A stretch of 63,305 nt of DNA, filler included, from Octopus bimaculoides (GCF_001194135.2; 5 parts of 5 records of this genome joined end to end with filler, not necessarily neighbours in it); one strand, 5' to 3'; shown: positions 41,053 to 51,747, counted from the first letter of the whole stretch. Notes: a model not told the origin generated them from the sequence alone. Made by a program: numbers and translations.

Positions 41053-41270
41053 AATAATCCTTTCTACTGGAAACACAAGCCTCAGATTTGTGGGGAGGGG
41101 ACCGGTCGATTACATCGACCCCAGTGTTTCACTGTTACTTAATTTATCGACCCCGAAATCATGAAAGGTAAAATCGATCTCGACGGAATTTGAACTCGGA
41201 ACGTAGTGACGGGCTAATTACCGCTAAGCGTTTCGTCCAACATGCTAACGAATCTGCCACCTCGCAGCCA
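41053..41270 (-). mobile_element. SINE family B, full length, tandem with the previous copy
   Basis: Same block order; only about 12 nt from the previous copy. Confidence 0.9.
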
Positions 41271-41464
41271 TTTTTATTATTAAAATGTTTTAAAAATGAA
41301 CATGCTGATATACAAAACTGCACAAAGCAACACATAAAAAAACTATGGCTTTGCACAGGGAATTAGCTCAAATCGTAAGGCGTACGCTTAGCTTATGAGT
41401 GGTGCTGAGATCGATACTGGATTCTCCACGTCATTTCCATCAAAATATTATTCAATCGTTTTAG

Positions 41465-41630
41465 CTGTGGCATCGTGGTAAAAAGTTTGCTCCGAAACTC
41501 TATAGTTCCGAATTTAGTACCAATGTGTGGAAACTTGAACGAGTGTTTTTTATTATGGTCACGGGCCGACTAAAGCATTGTGAGTCGATTTGGTAAATGG
41601 AAATTGAAAAAAGCTCACCTGGTATGTATG

Positions 41631-41685
<55 letters not shown>

Positions 41686-41940
41686 GTGCGTTTGTGTTTT
41701 CCCCCACCACCGCTTGACAACGGGTGTTGGTTATTTTATGCCTCCTCGAAACTTAGCGGTTAAGAAAAATATATCGATAGAATACTTATTCTTTCGATCT
41801 CTTTAACCGAACTAGACTTAAAATGTATAAAAATATATGCTTTGAGGTCACTTCGCTCGACTAAAAGCCTTCAGGGTGGTGCCTGAGTATGGCCACAGTC
41901 CAATGATGACGGAAACAAGTAAGATAAAGAAATATAAGAT
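41465..41940 (+). mobile_element. SINE family A, full length, diverged, with long internal (TG)n
   Basis: cgggccgactaaagcattgtgag, ccaccaccgcttgacaac and ggccacagtcc…gaaacaag blocks. Confidence 0.82.
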
Positions 41941-43456
41941 AAAAGCTAGAATTGTCTTAGTTAAAAACAAAAGCATTTCCTAACCCGTCAAAAGTACTGA
42001 AGAATATTTTACGAAAACACCATCAAGGACATATGCAGTTGTTAGAAATACGTCTAATGCACAGTTCAAAAAAAAATCCAAATATTATACTTAGGCATAT
42101 AATTTGCGTAGAAAAAATTTAATAGGTGGTAGCTATGTTTTTCTTTTCTTTATATAACAATATAAGAATGATTTTCTTTCGTATGTAACCGAAAAATCTT
42201 GACACAACGATTAGAAGTTTGTCTGTACGTTTTGTACAGAGATAGAAAAACGCACTCAGTGAACTGCACTAACAGAAGAATTGCTATAAAATCTTAGCAC
42301 TTTCGCTACTTCATTACCGTAGTTTATGTGAACGGTTTATGATCGCAATGAAAACTATTTAGACATTTACACAGACAGAGGTGTCATTTATTTTTTACAC
42401 GCATTGCACCGTTTCACAATATATTTCTTTGCAGTGAAGTGCAGTCGGTGTTTTGAAACAATCTCTGTTTTTTAATACCTCTTCATACGTATATATGTGT
42501 GTGTGTGTGTGCACATATACGTATATGTATATTATTAATATAATTATATATATATATATATATATATNNNNNNNNNNNNNNNNNNNNNNNNNNNNNNNNN
42601 NNNNNNNNNNNNNNNNNNNNNNNNNNNNNNNNNNNNNNNNNNNNNNNNNNNNNNNNNNNNNNNNNNNNNNNNNNNNNNNNNNNNNNNNNNNNNNNNNNNN
42701 NNNNNNNNNNNNNNNNNNNNNNNNNNNNNNNNNNNNNNNNNNNNNNNNNNNNNNNNNNNNNNNNNNNNNNNNNNNNNNNNNNNNNNNNNNNNNNNNNNNN
42801 NNNNNNNNNNNNNNNNNNNNNNNNNNNNNNNNNNNNNNNNNNNNNNNNNNNNNNNNNNNNNNNNNNNNNNNNNNNNNNNNNNNNNNNNNNNNNNNNNNNN
42901 NNNNNNNNNNNNNNNNNNNNNNNNNNNNNNNNNNNNNNNNNNNNNNNNNNNNNNNNNNNNNNNNNNNNNNNNNNNNNNNNNNNNNNNNNNNNNNNNNNNN
43001 NNNNNNNNNNNNNNNNNNNNNNNNNNNNNNNNNNNNNNNNNNNNNNNNNNNNNNNNNNNNNNNNNNNNNNNNNNNNNNNNNNNNNNNNNNNNNNNNNNNN
43101 NNNNNNNNNNNNNNNNNNNNNNNNNNNNNNNNNNNNNNNNNNNNNNNNNNNNNNNNNNNNNNNNNNNNNNNNNNNNNNNNNNNNNNNNNNNNNNNNNNNN
43201 NNNNNNNNNNNNNNNNNNNNNNNNNNNNNNNNNNNNNNNNNNNNNNNNNNNNNNNNNNNNNNNNNNNNNNNNNNNNNNNNNNNNNNNNNNNNNNNNNNNN
43301 NNNNNNNNNNNNNNNNNNNNNNNNNNNNNNNNNNNNNNNNNNNNNNNNNNNNNNNNNNNNNNNNNNNNNNNNNNNNNNNNNNNNNNNNNNNNNNNNNNNN
43401 NNNNNNNNNNNNNNNNNNNNNNNNNNNNNNNNNNNNNNNNNNNNNNNNNNNNNNNA

Positions 43457-43530
43457 AGGTCCCACGCAGTGGGACTGAACCCAGAACCATGTGGTTGATA
43501 AGCAAGCTACTTACCACACAGCCACTCCTG
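43457..43530 (-). mobile_element. SINE family A head (rest lies in gap)
   Basis: Reverse complement: caggagtggctgtgtggtaagtagcttgct…ggttctgggttcagtcccactgcgtgggacctt. Confidence 0.9.
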
Positions 43531-43541
43531 AAGTTCTCATT

Positions 43542-43855
43542 GATAGAAATTTACGTTGGTTGGACCACCGGGACCAACATCGTGGAAGCATGAAGGCAAG
43601 CTAGCAAAACGTTGCTCTTCTAGATGGAAACCTCACCTGTCATTGCGGTTTTGTGTTACGAAGCAAAGCAGGCCTTGCCATCCGCTCCAGAAAACACGTA
43701 GTAAATGATTCAATAGCACTCAAAGAGTGCTCAACTCATTGTCAAAAGTTTTGCAGAGCTCGAGTAGGCTAACAAGAGACACATTCGTGTCCATACCACG
43801 TGATTAACGCTTTATTTTAGTGAAACCTCATTTGCCTTTCACGACAAGGTTATTC
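43542..43855 (+). mobile_element. RTE-like LINE 3' remnant (C-terminal zinc-finger region)
   Basis: Translates as DRNLRWLDHRDQHRGSMKAS*QNVALLDGNLTCHCGFVLRSKAGLAIRSRKH…CSTHCQKFCRARVG*; the C-x-C…S-x-AGL…R-x-H pattern resembles the C2H2-like end of RTE ORFs; in-frame stops. Confidence 0.65.
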
Positions 43856-43960
43856 ATCATATATATGCGCACAAATCCCCCCCCTCTCTCTCTCTTTCCT
43901 TCTCACGCACGCACACATGCACACATCTATGTATACATAGGAGCGAACGCACATGGTGCG

Positions 43961-44175
43961 ATTTGAACTCAGGGCATAGAGAGCCGGAATACGACGAAAT
44001 GCTTAGTGGTTTTTCGCTCGTCGCTATGTTCTGAGTTCAAATTCCGCCGGGGTCGACTTTGCTTTTAATCCTTTCGAAATCGATAAAATAAGCACCAGTT
44101 ACAAACCGGGGGTCGATGTAGTCAACTTATCCCCTGCCCCCAAATTGTTGCCCTTGTGTCAGAATTTGAAACCAT
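43961..44175 (+). mobile_element. SINE family B with an inverted (fold-back) 5' end
   Basis: B box, central domain and tail on the plus strand; 43961-43979 is the inverted copy of 44024-44042. Confidence 0.85.
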
Positions 44176-44185
44176 CATTATATTA

Positions 44186-44410
44186 AGATGGCGAGCAGGC
44201 AGAATCTTTACTGCCCTGGACAAAATGCTTAGCGGCATTTCTTCCGGCTCTTTACGTTCAGGGTTGAAATTCCGCCGAGGTTCATTTTGTCGATCATTCT
44301 TTTCGGGTTCGTGAAGTAAGCACCAGTCAAGTACTGGGGTTGGCACAATCGAATAAGCCTTTTCCTCAAAATTTCGGGCCTTGTGCCTAAAAAAGGAGGG
44401 ATTATTGTTA
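44186..44410 (+). mobile_element. SINE family B, full length, tandem with the previous copy
   Basis: ggcgagcaggcagaatc head, gggttgaaattccgccgagg, tttcgggccttgtgcc tail ending in (att)n. Confidence 0.85.
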
Positions 44411-44434
44411 TTGTTATTAAAACTAGTAGCATTG

Positions 44435-44463
44435 GTGGTGGTGGTGGTGGTGGTGGTGGTAGT
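44435..44463. repeat. (GGT)n microsatellite
   Basis: Seen directly. Confidence 0.9.
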
Positions 44464-44624
44464 TTTTTATGATGGTGGCGGCGGTAGCTGCAGCATTAAT
44501 TACTAGCCGTAGTCGTTCTGGCTGTTGCTACCGTTGTTGCACGAATTAGTATCGGAGTCATTTTCAGATCGATGGGGGCCCGAAGCTGTCATGTTTATTG
44601 CTTGTGTAAGAGTGTGCGTGTGCA

Positions 44625-44664
<40 letters not shown>

Positions 44665-46117
44665 AGAAAGAGAGATGATAGACAGAGAGAGCGCCCGCGT
44701 GAGCGTCAGTGAGTCTATCTCCTGCATCCATGCACTGGGCTGTCGTAATATGAGTACAGCAGTTCATCCTGTACATCCTTGGAGGTAAAAATGGCAGAGA
44801 AATGCATCAAAGGATTTGCCACCAGTGGGAGAACTTCCGAGGAAAGAAAAATATTTATTTATTTATTTTTGGGTTTATTTATTCGTTATGTTTTCTCTCG
44901 CGCTGTCATGATTTTAAACACTTTCCAAAAGACAAAAAGAAACAGAAAATATACTTTTGTTGTTATTATCGTTGACTGATGTTAATGAGGAGGACGAAGA
45001 GGAAAAGGAAGAGGAAGGGGAGAACTATGAGGAGGATGAGAGTAATGGCGACGTTGTTAATACCTTTATCGTTTCTATTTCTGTTGGCAGAAGAATATTC
45101 TAAAACTGTCATTTGCAGTTTTTGATGATTTGTTGAGGCTGAAAGACATATTTGATAATTAGTATGTTGTGGACTTTTGTTCTGTATATACTGGGCTCAG
45201 TAGGCGCCGATTCGTAGAATAGTGAAGAAGTTCACTTAACAAATCAAAAAGTTCTAGGGTTCGATTCTGCTGTGTGACATTTGGAGAGACTGTCGTATTT
45301 TTAGAGTTTCGAGTAAAATTTTGTTTCGTCAGTGAAACAGGAAAACTGAAAACTGCCCATAAGTCTTTCGTCCAAATTGAATTTTCGGGTATAATGTACA
45401 CGTTTTTCAAAATTTACAGATTTTTCACGCGTTGTGTGTCGCTGATTTGGCCTGAGAATTACGCTAAGAGCACACACGACTGCAGAATACTCACCCGAAA
45501 GACAGAGATCTCCATTACCACTATATTCAAGCCAAATCGGATTTGAAATAATGATAATATATACGAATGGAACTGCCAGTGACCATTGCGTAGGTGCATG
45601 ACTTGACAGTTTTCACACTTCATCTATGATATGATTCTGCTCATCACGATATATCTTTGAGGATAATATCTGAAATAACCTTAAGTACGGATCGCAATCG
45701 AAGATATAACAGGAATTTTTAGCATAAAACAGACTTGCAAAGTTGTATATATTTATGCAACAAATTAGAAATAAGATCGCTTACAAAATATCAAATTTCC
45801 ATGGATACCATTACAAGCGTATCACACAGCTACAAAAGAGGCACAAGTAAATGTACGTTGTACAGGTATGAATAAATGGTTTCCATCATTTCTACATCCT
45901 TAACAATCAATGGTCTCAAACCAAGTCGCATGTCAAACAAATACAACACACACACACGCACACAAACACACGCGCGAGCGCACATGCATGCGCACCTGTA
46001 CGCACATATATATATAAGTGTGTGTGTGTGTGTGTGTCTGTGTGTGTGTGTGTGTATACATGCTTATATGTATACGTAATCTCTCTCCCTCTTCATATAT
46101 ATATACATATATGTATT

Positions 46118-46155
<38 letters not shown>

Positions 46156-46199
46156 NNNNNNNNNNNNNNNNNNNNNNNNNNNNNNNNNNNNNNNNNNNN

Positions 46200-46211
46200 T
46201 TAATTAATTAA
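46200..46211. other. Artificial scaffold linker TTAATTAATTAA
   Basis: 44 N + 12-mer + 44 N (46156-46255). Confidence 0.95.
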
Positions 46212-46255
46212 NNNNNNNNNNNNNNNNNNNNNNNNNNNNNNNNNNNNNNNNNNNN

Positions 46256-46620
46256 AGCAAGTAGCTTGCTTACCAACCACATGGTTCTGGGTTCAGTCCC
46301 ACTGCGTGGCACCTTGGGCAAGTGTCTTCTACTATAGCCTCGGGCCGACCAAAGCTTTGTGAGTGGATTTGGTAGATGGAGACTGAAAGAAGCCCGTCGT
46401 ATATATGTATACGTATATATGTATATGTTTGTGCGTCTGTTTGTCCCACCACCATCGCTTGACAACCGATGCTGGTGTATAACTTAGTGGTTCGGCAAAA
46501 GAGACCGATAGAATAAGTACCAGGCTTACAATGAATAAGTCCTGGAGTCGATTTGCTCGACTAAAGGCGGTGCTCCAGCATGGCCACAGTCAAATGACTG
46601 AAACAAGTAAAAGAGTAAAA
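46256..46620 (+). mobile_element. SINE family A, near full length, young
   Basis: Close match to 18478-18890 and 62029-62495 throughout; extreme 5' end lost in the join. Confidence 0.95.
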
Positions 46621-46908
46621 TAGTATATATGTGTGTGTGTGAGTGTAAAGAAATAATTGAGATTCAGTTGAATATATATACATACATATAAATACATGTG
46701 TGTGTGTTTTTAAAGATTTAATAAGAACGGAAAATTCATAGCTAATTCCTCGTCATTCAACGTCCAAAAAATCCTTGCAATTTCGCGCCTTTTACACACA
46801 TACACACACTTACATATGTGTGCAAACTTAAGTAAGCGTATACGAGACAAAGCATCTCACTGCAGTTGTTACTTTCATATTAGTTGTTTTTGATTTCGCT
46901 TCGCCACC

Positions 46909-46910
46909 GC

Positions 46911-46963
<53 letters not shown>
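46909..46963. repeat. (GTA)n microsatellite
   Basis: Seen directly. Confidence 0.95.
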
Positions 46964-46964
<1 letters not shown>

Positions 46965-47289
46965 TTTGGTAAGCGTGTCAATAATGGTAATTGGTTTCTC
47001 TGGCAAATGAATTCATGACAAGGGCACAAAAGAGGTAAGTGAGTTATTTAATGATGTGCGTGAGTGGCCGCTGAAGTGTTGTAAGCCGAGCGAAAATAAT
47101 TAAATAATGAATTTATAAGGAAATTGGCTCAAGGACACACATCTGTGGAGGGCTGGCGGAGGTAGAGAAGTGGCCTGAATCGCTGGTTTGAAGAGTTAGT
47201 TCCCAAGTTCTTGAATACTTGGTGGTTGATTGTGACTACAGTTGCCTCTGCTGCTACGGCCGTCGCTGCTGCTACTGCTGCCACCGTGA

Positions 47290-47525
47290 TCGGGGTCGTC
47301 GTTGGCTTCGTCGTCGTCGTCGTCGTCTTCATCATAATCATTATCGCCGTCGTGATTGTTGACATGGTGGTGGTTATCATCGTGAACATCATCATCATCA
47401 TCATCATAATCATCATCATCATCATCATCGTCATATGATGATGATGATCATCATCACCACCACCACCACCACCACCATTATCATCTTTATCATCATCGTC
47501 CCCACCACCACCACTACCACCACCA
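47290..47525. repeat. Compound (GTC)n/(CAT)n/(CAC)n microsatellite
   Basis: Seen directly; source of the poly-M/H/G/D artefact ORFs. Confidence 0.92.
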
Positions 47526-47576
47526 CTTTGCCTTTCATCCTTTCGGAGTCGATAAAATAAGAACCCGTTGAGCACT
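47526..47576 (+). mobile_element. SINE family B central-domain fragment
   Basis: ctttgcctttcatcctttcggagtcgataaaataag. Confidence 0.85.
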
Positions 47577-47866
47577 CCACAGACACGTGTACCCTTAACG
47601 TAGTTCTCGGGGGATATTCAGCGTGACACAGAGTGTGACAAGGCTGACCCTTTGAATTACAGGCACAACAGAAACAGGAAGTATGAGTGAGAGAAAGTTG
47701 TGGTGGAAGAGTACAGCAAGGTTCGCCACCATCCCCTGCCCGAGCCTCGTGGTGCTTTAGGTGTTTCCGCTCAATAAACACTCACAATGCCCGGTCTGGG
47801 AATCGAAACCGCGATTCTATAACCGCGTGTCCGCTGCCCTAACCACTGGGCCATTGCGCCTCCACG
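47569..47866 (-). mobile_element. SINE family C, 3'-truncated
   Basis: Reverse complement closely matches 26724-27020, starting gtggaggcgcaatggcccagtggttagggcagcgg. Confidence 0.93.
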
Positions 47867-48233
47867 AGTTAAGGTAATAATAAGGTAGTAAGCTAGCAGA
47901 CTCGTTAGCACGACGTGCAAAATGTTTCGCGGCTTGTCCGTCCTTTCATTGAGTTCAAATTATATTTACGCTGCCCGCCCTTAGCCGAATCTTTGAAGTC
48001 ACCGTCAACCTCTTTTTTACCTTGTGAATGGATTTAGTAGAAAGGTACTGAAAGAAGTCTGTCGTGTGGATAATTGCCAGTTTGTGGACCATTAATTTAA
48101 AATAAAACACACACACACTTGTAAACATCTTCACAAATCGTTCCTGGGGAAAATTCTGAATTGACGGGCACCACTTTCCATTTATGTTTTATGTAGTGTT
48201 TTTGGTACCGAAACACTTTCAAACTTCGTATAC

Positions 48234-48552
48234 CTGTCTATTTTGTGTTATAGAACAGATAAAAATTTTTGTATTCGAAGTTATTTCATGTAAAACATTG
48301 TCGTATTTCGGTAATTTCAACCAATCACTGACGTCTATTGAGGTGAAAACAATTACTGCTGTGAATTGTGAACACCACACGTTGTGCGGTGTAATGGGAT
48401 CTTTACCCTTGAATAAAATTAGTGCCGTTGTTTGGCAACAACTATCAGCGGTACTGTTATTTATAACATCGTTCGTGCCCGTCAATTCAGAAAGATCCGT
48501 TCCTGGTTTTACATGTCGTCCTTGCATTGGGTTCTCAACTCCTGATGGGACC
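48234..48552 (-). CDS. Candidate internal coding exon, product unknown
   Basis: Unique non-repetitive sequence; open frame VPSGVENPMQGRHVKPGTDL…KIFICSITQNRQ between actttag|G and CAG|gtatac; donor is weak; no recognised family; an overlapping 130-codon plus-strand ORF also exists. Confidence 0.3.
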
Positions 48553-48999
48553 CTAAAGTGGTGTTATAACATATAACATCTCATAGGATTTTAATCGCAA
48601 CAGGACCCCTCCCCGTCGAGTTCTTTACCCGGCTGCTGTTTACCAAATTTTTACTAAAGTATTTTATGGAAATAATTTTTGCACCAGCCACTGAAAAATT
48701 AACATTAACTGGTTGACATGTTGATTATCCTTTTGTACAGGACTTACTTTTGGTGCAAGGGATTTGGAAATATAATATTTCATGGGTCCGGAACTGGGTA
48801 AGATTTCCGTTAAAATAATAAAATGCCCGATGCATAGATAAGACTAGAAGATGACTGATAACAGGTTGCAGTGACACAGAACAATAACAGAAACAAGTAG
48901 AATAATAAAGACAAAAAGCATAAGAAGGAAAAGAACAAGATATACTACAAGAGGAACGAAAACAGCAAGAACAAAAATAATAGTAATAACAGTAATAAA

Positions 49000-49001
49000 A
49001 G

Positions 49002-49033
<32 letters not shown>

Positions 49034-49283
49034 CAGTAGTAGTATTAGTATTAGCACTAGTAGTGGCATTAGTAGTAGTAGTAGTAATAGTGGCATTGGT
49101 AGTAGTAGTAGTAGTAGTATTAGTATTAGCACTAGTAGTAGTACAATTAGTGGTAGTAGTAGTAGTATTAGTAGTAGTAGTAGTAGTAGTACAATTAGTG
49201 GTAGTAGTAGTAGTAGTAGTAGTAATAGTAGTAGTAGTAGTAGTAGTAGTACAATTAGTGGTAGTAGTAGTAGTAGTAGTAGT
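49000..49283. repeat. (GCA)n/(GTA)n compound microsatellite with a higher-order unit
   Basis: gtacaattagtg recurs three times within (GTA)n. Confidence 0.92.
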
Positions 49284-50183
49284 NNNNNNNNNNNNNNNNN
49301 NNNNNNNNNNNNNNNNNNNNNNNNNNNNNNNNNNNNNNNNNNNNNNNNNNNNNNNNNNNNNNNNNNNNNNNNNNNNNNNNNNNNNNNNNNNNNNNNNNNN
49401 NNNNNNNNNNNNNNNNNNNNNNNNNNNNNNNNNNNNNNNNNNNNNNNNNNNNNNGTAATTAGAATCAGAACAGTATTAGAGCAACAGCATATGTTGCATA
49501 AATTAGCGCTGGTTCTCCTCCTCCCTCCCTCCCTCCATCTCTCTCTCTCTCTCTCTCTTCTTTCTCTGTTTCTTCCTGTCTCGGTTTTATTGTGTCATGC
49601 AGCGACGTCAGTTCCATAACTACGATACATGTTCGCTGGTTCTCAAGAAGGCAAAGCAAAATGAAGAAGAATGAGAGAGGAAAGAAAGATGAAGAGAGAG
49701 GAGGCAGAGAGAGAGAGAGAGAGAGAGAGAGTAAAAGAAAGAAAGAAGGAGAGAGAGAAAAAAGAGAGAGAAAGAGAAAGGGGTAGAAGTAGAATTGTTT
49801 TAAGAAGTGCCCTTCCTCACACTGACACCCAAAAAACAAGGAGGGGCGTGTTCTTTACCTACCTGCTCGCTAGGCCTTGCTAGAAATAACAACGCACTTA
49901 TATACTTTTCTGAAAAGGATGCATTTGTGTGTTTATTTAATTATAATGAGAAGTGAACACAGATCGTTCTAACAAGCAAATAAATAAATAATATTTCAGA
50001 CGGAATAAAATGTTATAAAGGTCTGTACCTTCAGGGTTTGACTTAGGGCCAAACAAGATAACTAAAAGCAACATACATTGTTGATATAAATCAATATAAT
50101 AAATAGATTCTTTATCCATACGTATAAGTGATGTTTGCTTATTATTATTGTGTATCCGTTATTCTAAGTCTACTAAACAAATT

Positions 50184-50325
50184 CGGCTGTGTGGTTAGAG
50201 AATCGGACAAATTACACTGTAGTAATTTGCTCCGGCCCTATATGTTCTAAGTTCAAATCCTGCGCGGTCAATTTTACCTTTACCTATTCGAGGTCGAAAA
50301 GTAAAGTACCAGTCTTGTACTGGAC
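50184..50325 (+). mobile_element. SINE family B-like, old
   Basis: ctaagttcaaatcctgc B box, ttttacctttacctattcgaggtcgaaaagtaaagtaccagt central domain. Confidence 0.65.
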
Positions 50326-50378
50326 CTAGCTTCTCTTTGTCTCTCTCTCTGTATGTGTTTGTTGTACTTCTGGTAAGG

Positions 50379-50540
50379 GGAGGCGCAATGGCCCAGTGGT
50401 TAGGGCAGCGGACTCGCGGTCATAGAATCGCGGTTTCGATTCCCAGACCGCGCGTTGTGAGTGTTTATTGAGCGAAAACACCTAAAGCTTCACGAGGCTC
50501 CGGCAGGGGATGGTGGCGAACCCTGCTGTATTCTTTCACC
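50379..50540 (+). mobile_element. SINE family C, 5' half
   Basis: ggaggcgcaatggcccagtggttagggcagcggactcgcggtc…ccctgctgtattctttcacc. Confidence 0.93.
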
Positions 50541-50589
50541 GAAATACAATACCTCTAAGCATTTCGTTCAGCGTGCTAACGATTTTTTC
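50541..50589 (-). mobile_element. SINE family B head fragment
   Basis: ctaagcatttcgttcagcgtgctaacgatt; ends at gap. Confidence 0.7.
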
Positions 50590-51354
50590 NNNNNNNNNNN
50601 NNNNNNNNNNNNNNNNNNNNNNNNNNNNNNNNNNNNNNNNNNNNNNNNNNNNNNNNNNNNNNNNNNNNNNNNNNNNNNNNNNNNNNNNNNNNNNNNNNNN
50701 NNNNNNNNNNNNNNNNNNNNNNNNNNNNNNNNNNNNNNNNNNNNNNNNNNNNNNNNNNNNNNNNNNNNNNNNNNNNNNNNNNNNNNNNNNNNNNNNNNNN
50801 NNNNNNNNNNNNNNNNNNNNNNNNNNNNNNNNNNNNNNNNNNNNNNNNNNNNNNNNNNNNNNNNNNNNNNNNNNNNNNNNNNNNNNNNNNNNNNNNNNNN
50901 NNNNNNNNNNNNNNNNNNNNNNNNNNNNNNNNNNNNNNNNNNNNNNNNNNNNNNNNNNNNNNNNNNNNNNNNNNNNNNNNNNNNNNNNNNNNNNNNNNNN
51001 NNNNNNNNNNNNNNNNNNNNNNNNNNNNNNNNNNNNNNNNNNNNNNNNNNNNNNNNNNNNNNNNNNNNNNNNNNNNNNNNNNNNNNNNNNNNNNNNNNNN
51101 NNNNNNNNNNNNNNNNNNNNNNNNNNNNNNNNNNNNNNNNNNNNNNNNNNNNNNNNNNNNNNNNNNNNNNNNNNNNNNNNNNNNNNNNNNNNNNNNNNNN
51201 NNNNNNNNNNNNNNNNNNNNNNNNNNNNNNNNNNNNNNNNNNNNNNNNNNNNNNNNNNNNNNNNNNNNNNNNNNNNNNNNNNNNNNNNNNNNNNNNNNNN
51301 NNNNNNNNNNNNNNNNNNNNNNNNNNNNNNNNNNNNNNNNNNNNNNNNNNNNNN

Positions 51355-51522
51355 CATCATTATTGTCGTCGCAGTCGTCGTCGTCGCAGTCGTCGTCGTC
51401 GCAGTCGTCGTCGTCGCAGTCGTCGTCATCGTCGACGTCGTCGTCATCGTCATCATCATCATCATCATCATTATCATCACCATCATCGCTATTCTCTGAA
51501 TCCTTCACCTCCTCCGCTTCAT

Positions 51523-51573
<51 letters not shown>

Positions 51574-51600
51574 ATCGTCGTCGTTGTCGACATCAATGTC
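51355..51600. repeat. (GTC)n/(CAT)n tract, probably the (GAT)n tail of the adjacent minus-strand retroposon
   Basis: Seen directly; abuts 51615-51740. Confidence 0.9.
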
Positions 51601-51614
51601 ATCGTGATTGTCGT

Positions 51615-51740
51615 TGTTTCACCTCCGCTTTCTATGCTGGCATGGGTTGGCGGAGCTGATACATTTGCAGTCAGTGCACATTTCGGGGCTCAGATTCATG
51701 AATTTCACTTTTTGTGTTGGTTTCTACTGGTGGATGCCGA
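51615..51740 (-). mobile_element. Retroposon 3' end (SINE/LINE tail, family D)
   Basis: Reverse complement ggcatccaccagtagaaacc…ccaacccatgccagcatagaaagcggaggtgaaac followed by gat-rich repeats; resembles a common octopus repeat tail as I recall it; single copy in this window. Confidence 0.55.
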
Positions 51741-51747
51741 TCAGTGG

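Noticed and set aside
42370-42490. Possible additional mariner MITE end (tatgaagaggtattaaaaa)
   Set aside because: Only loose similarity to the 34/39-kb TIR and no partner TIR found
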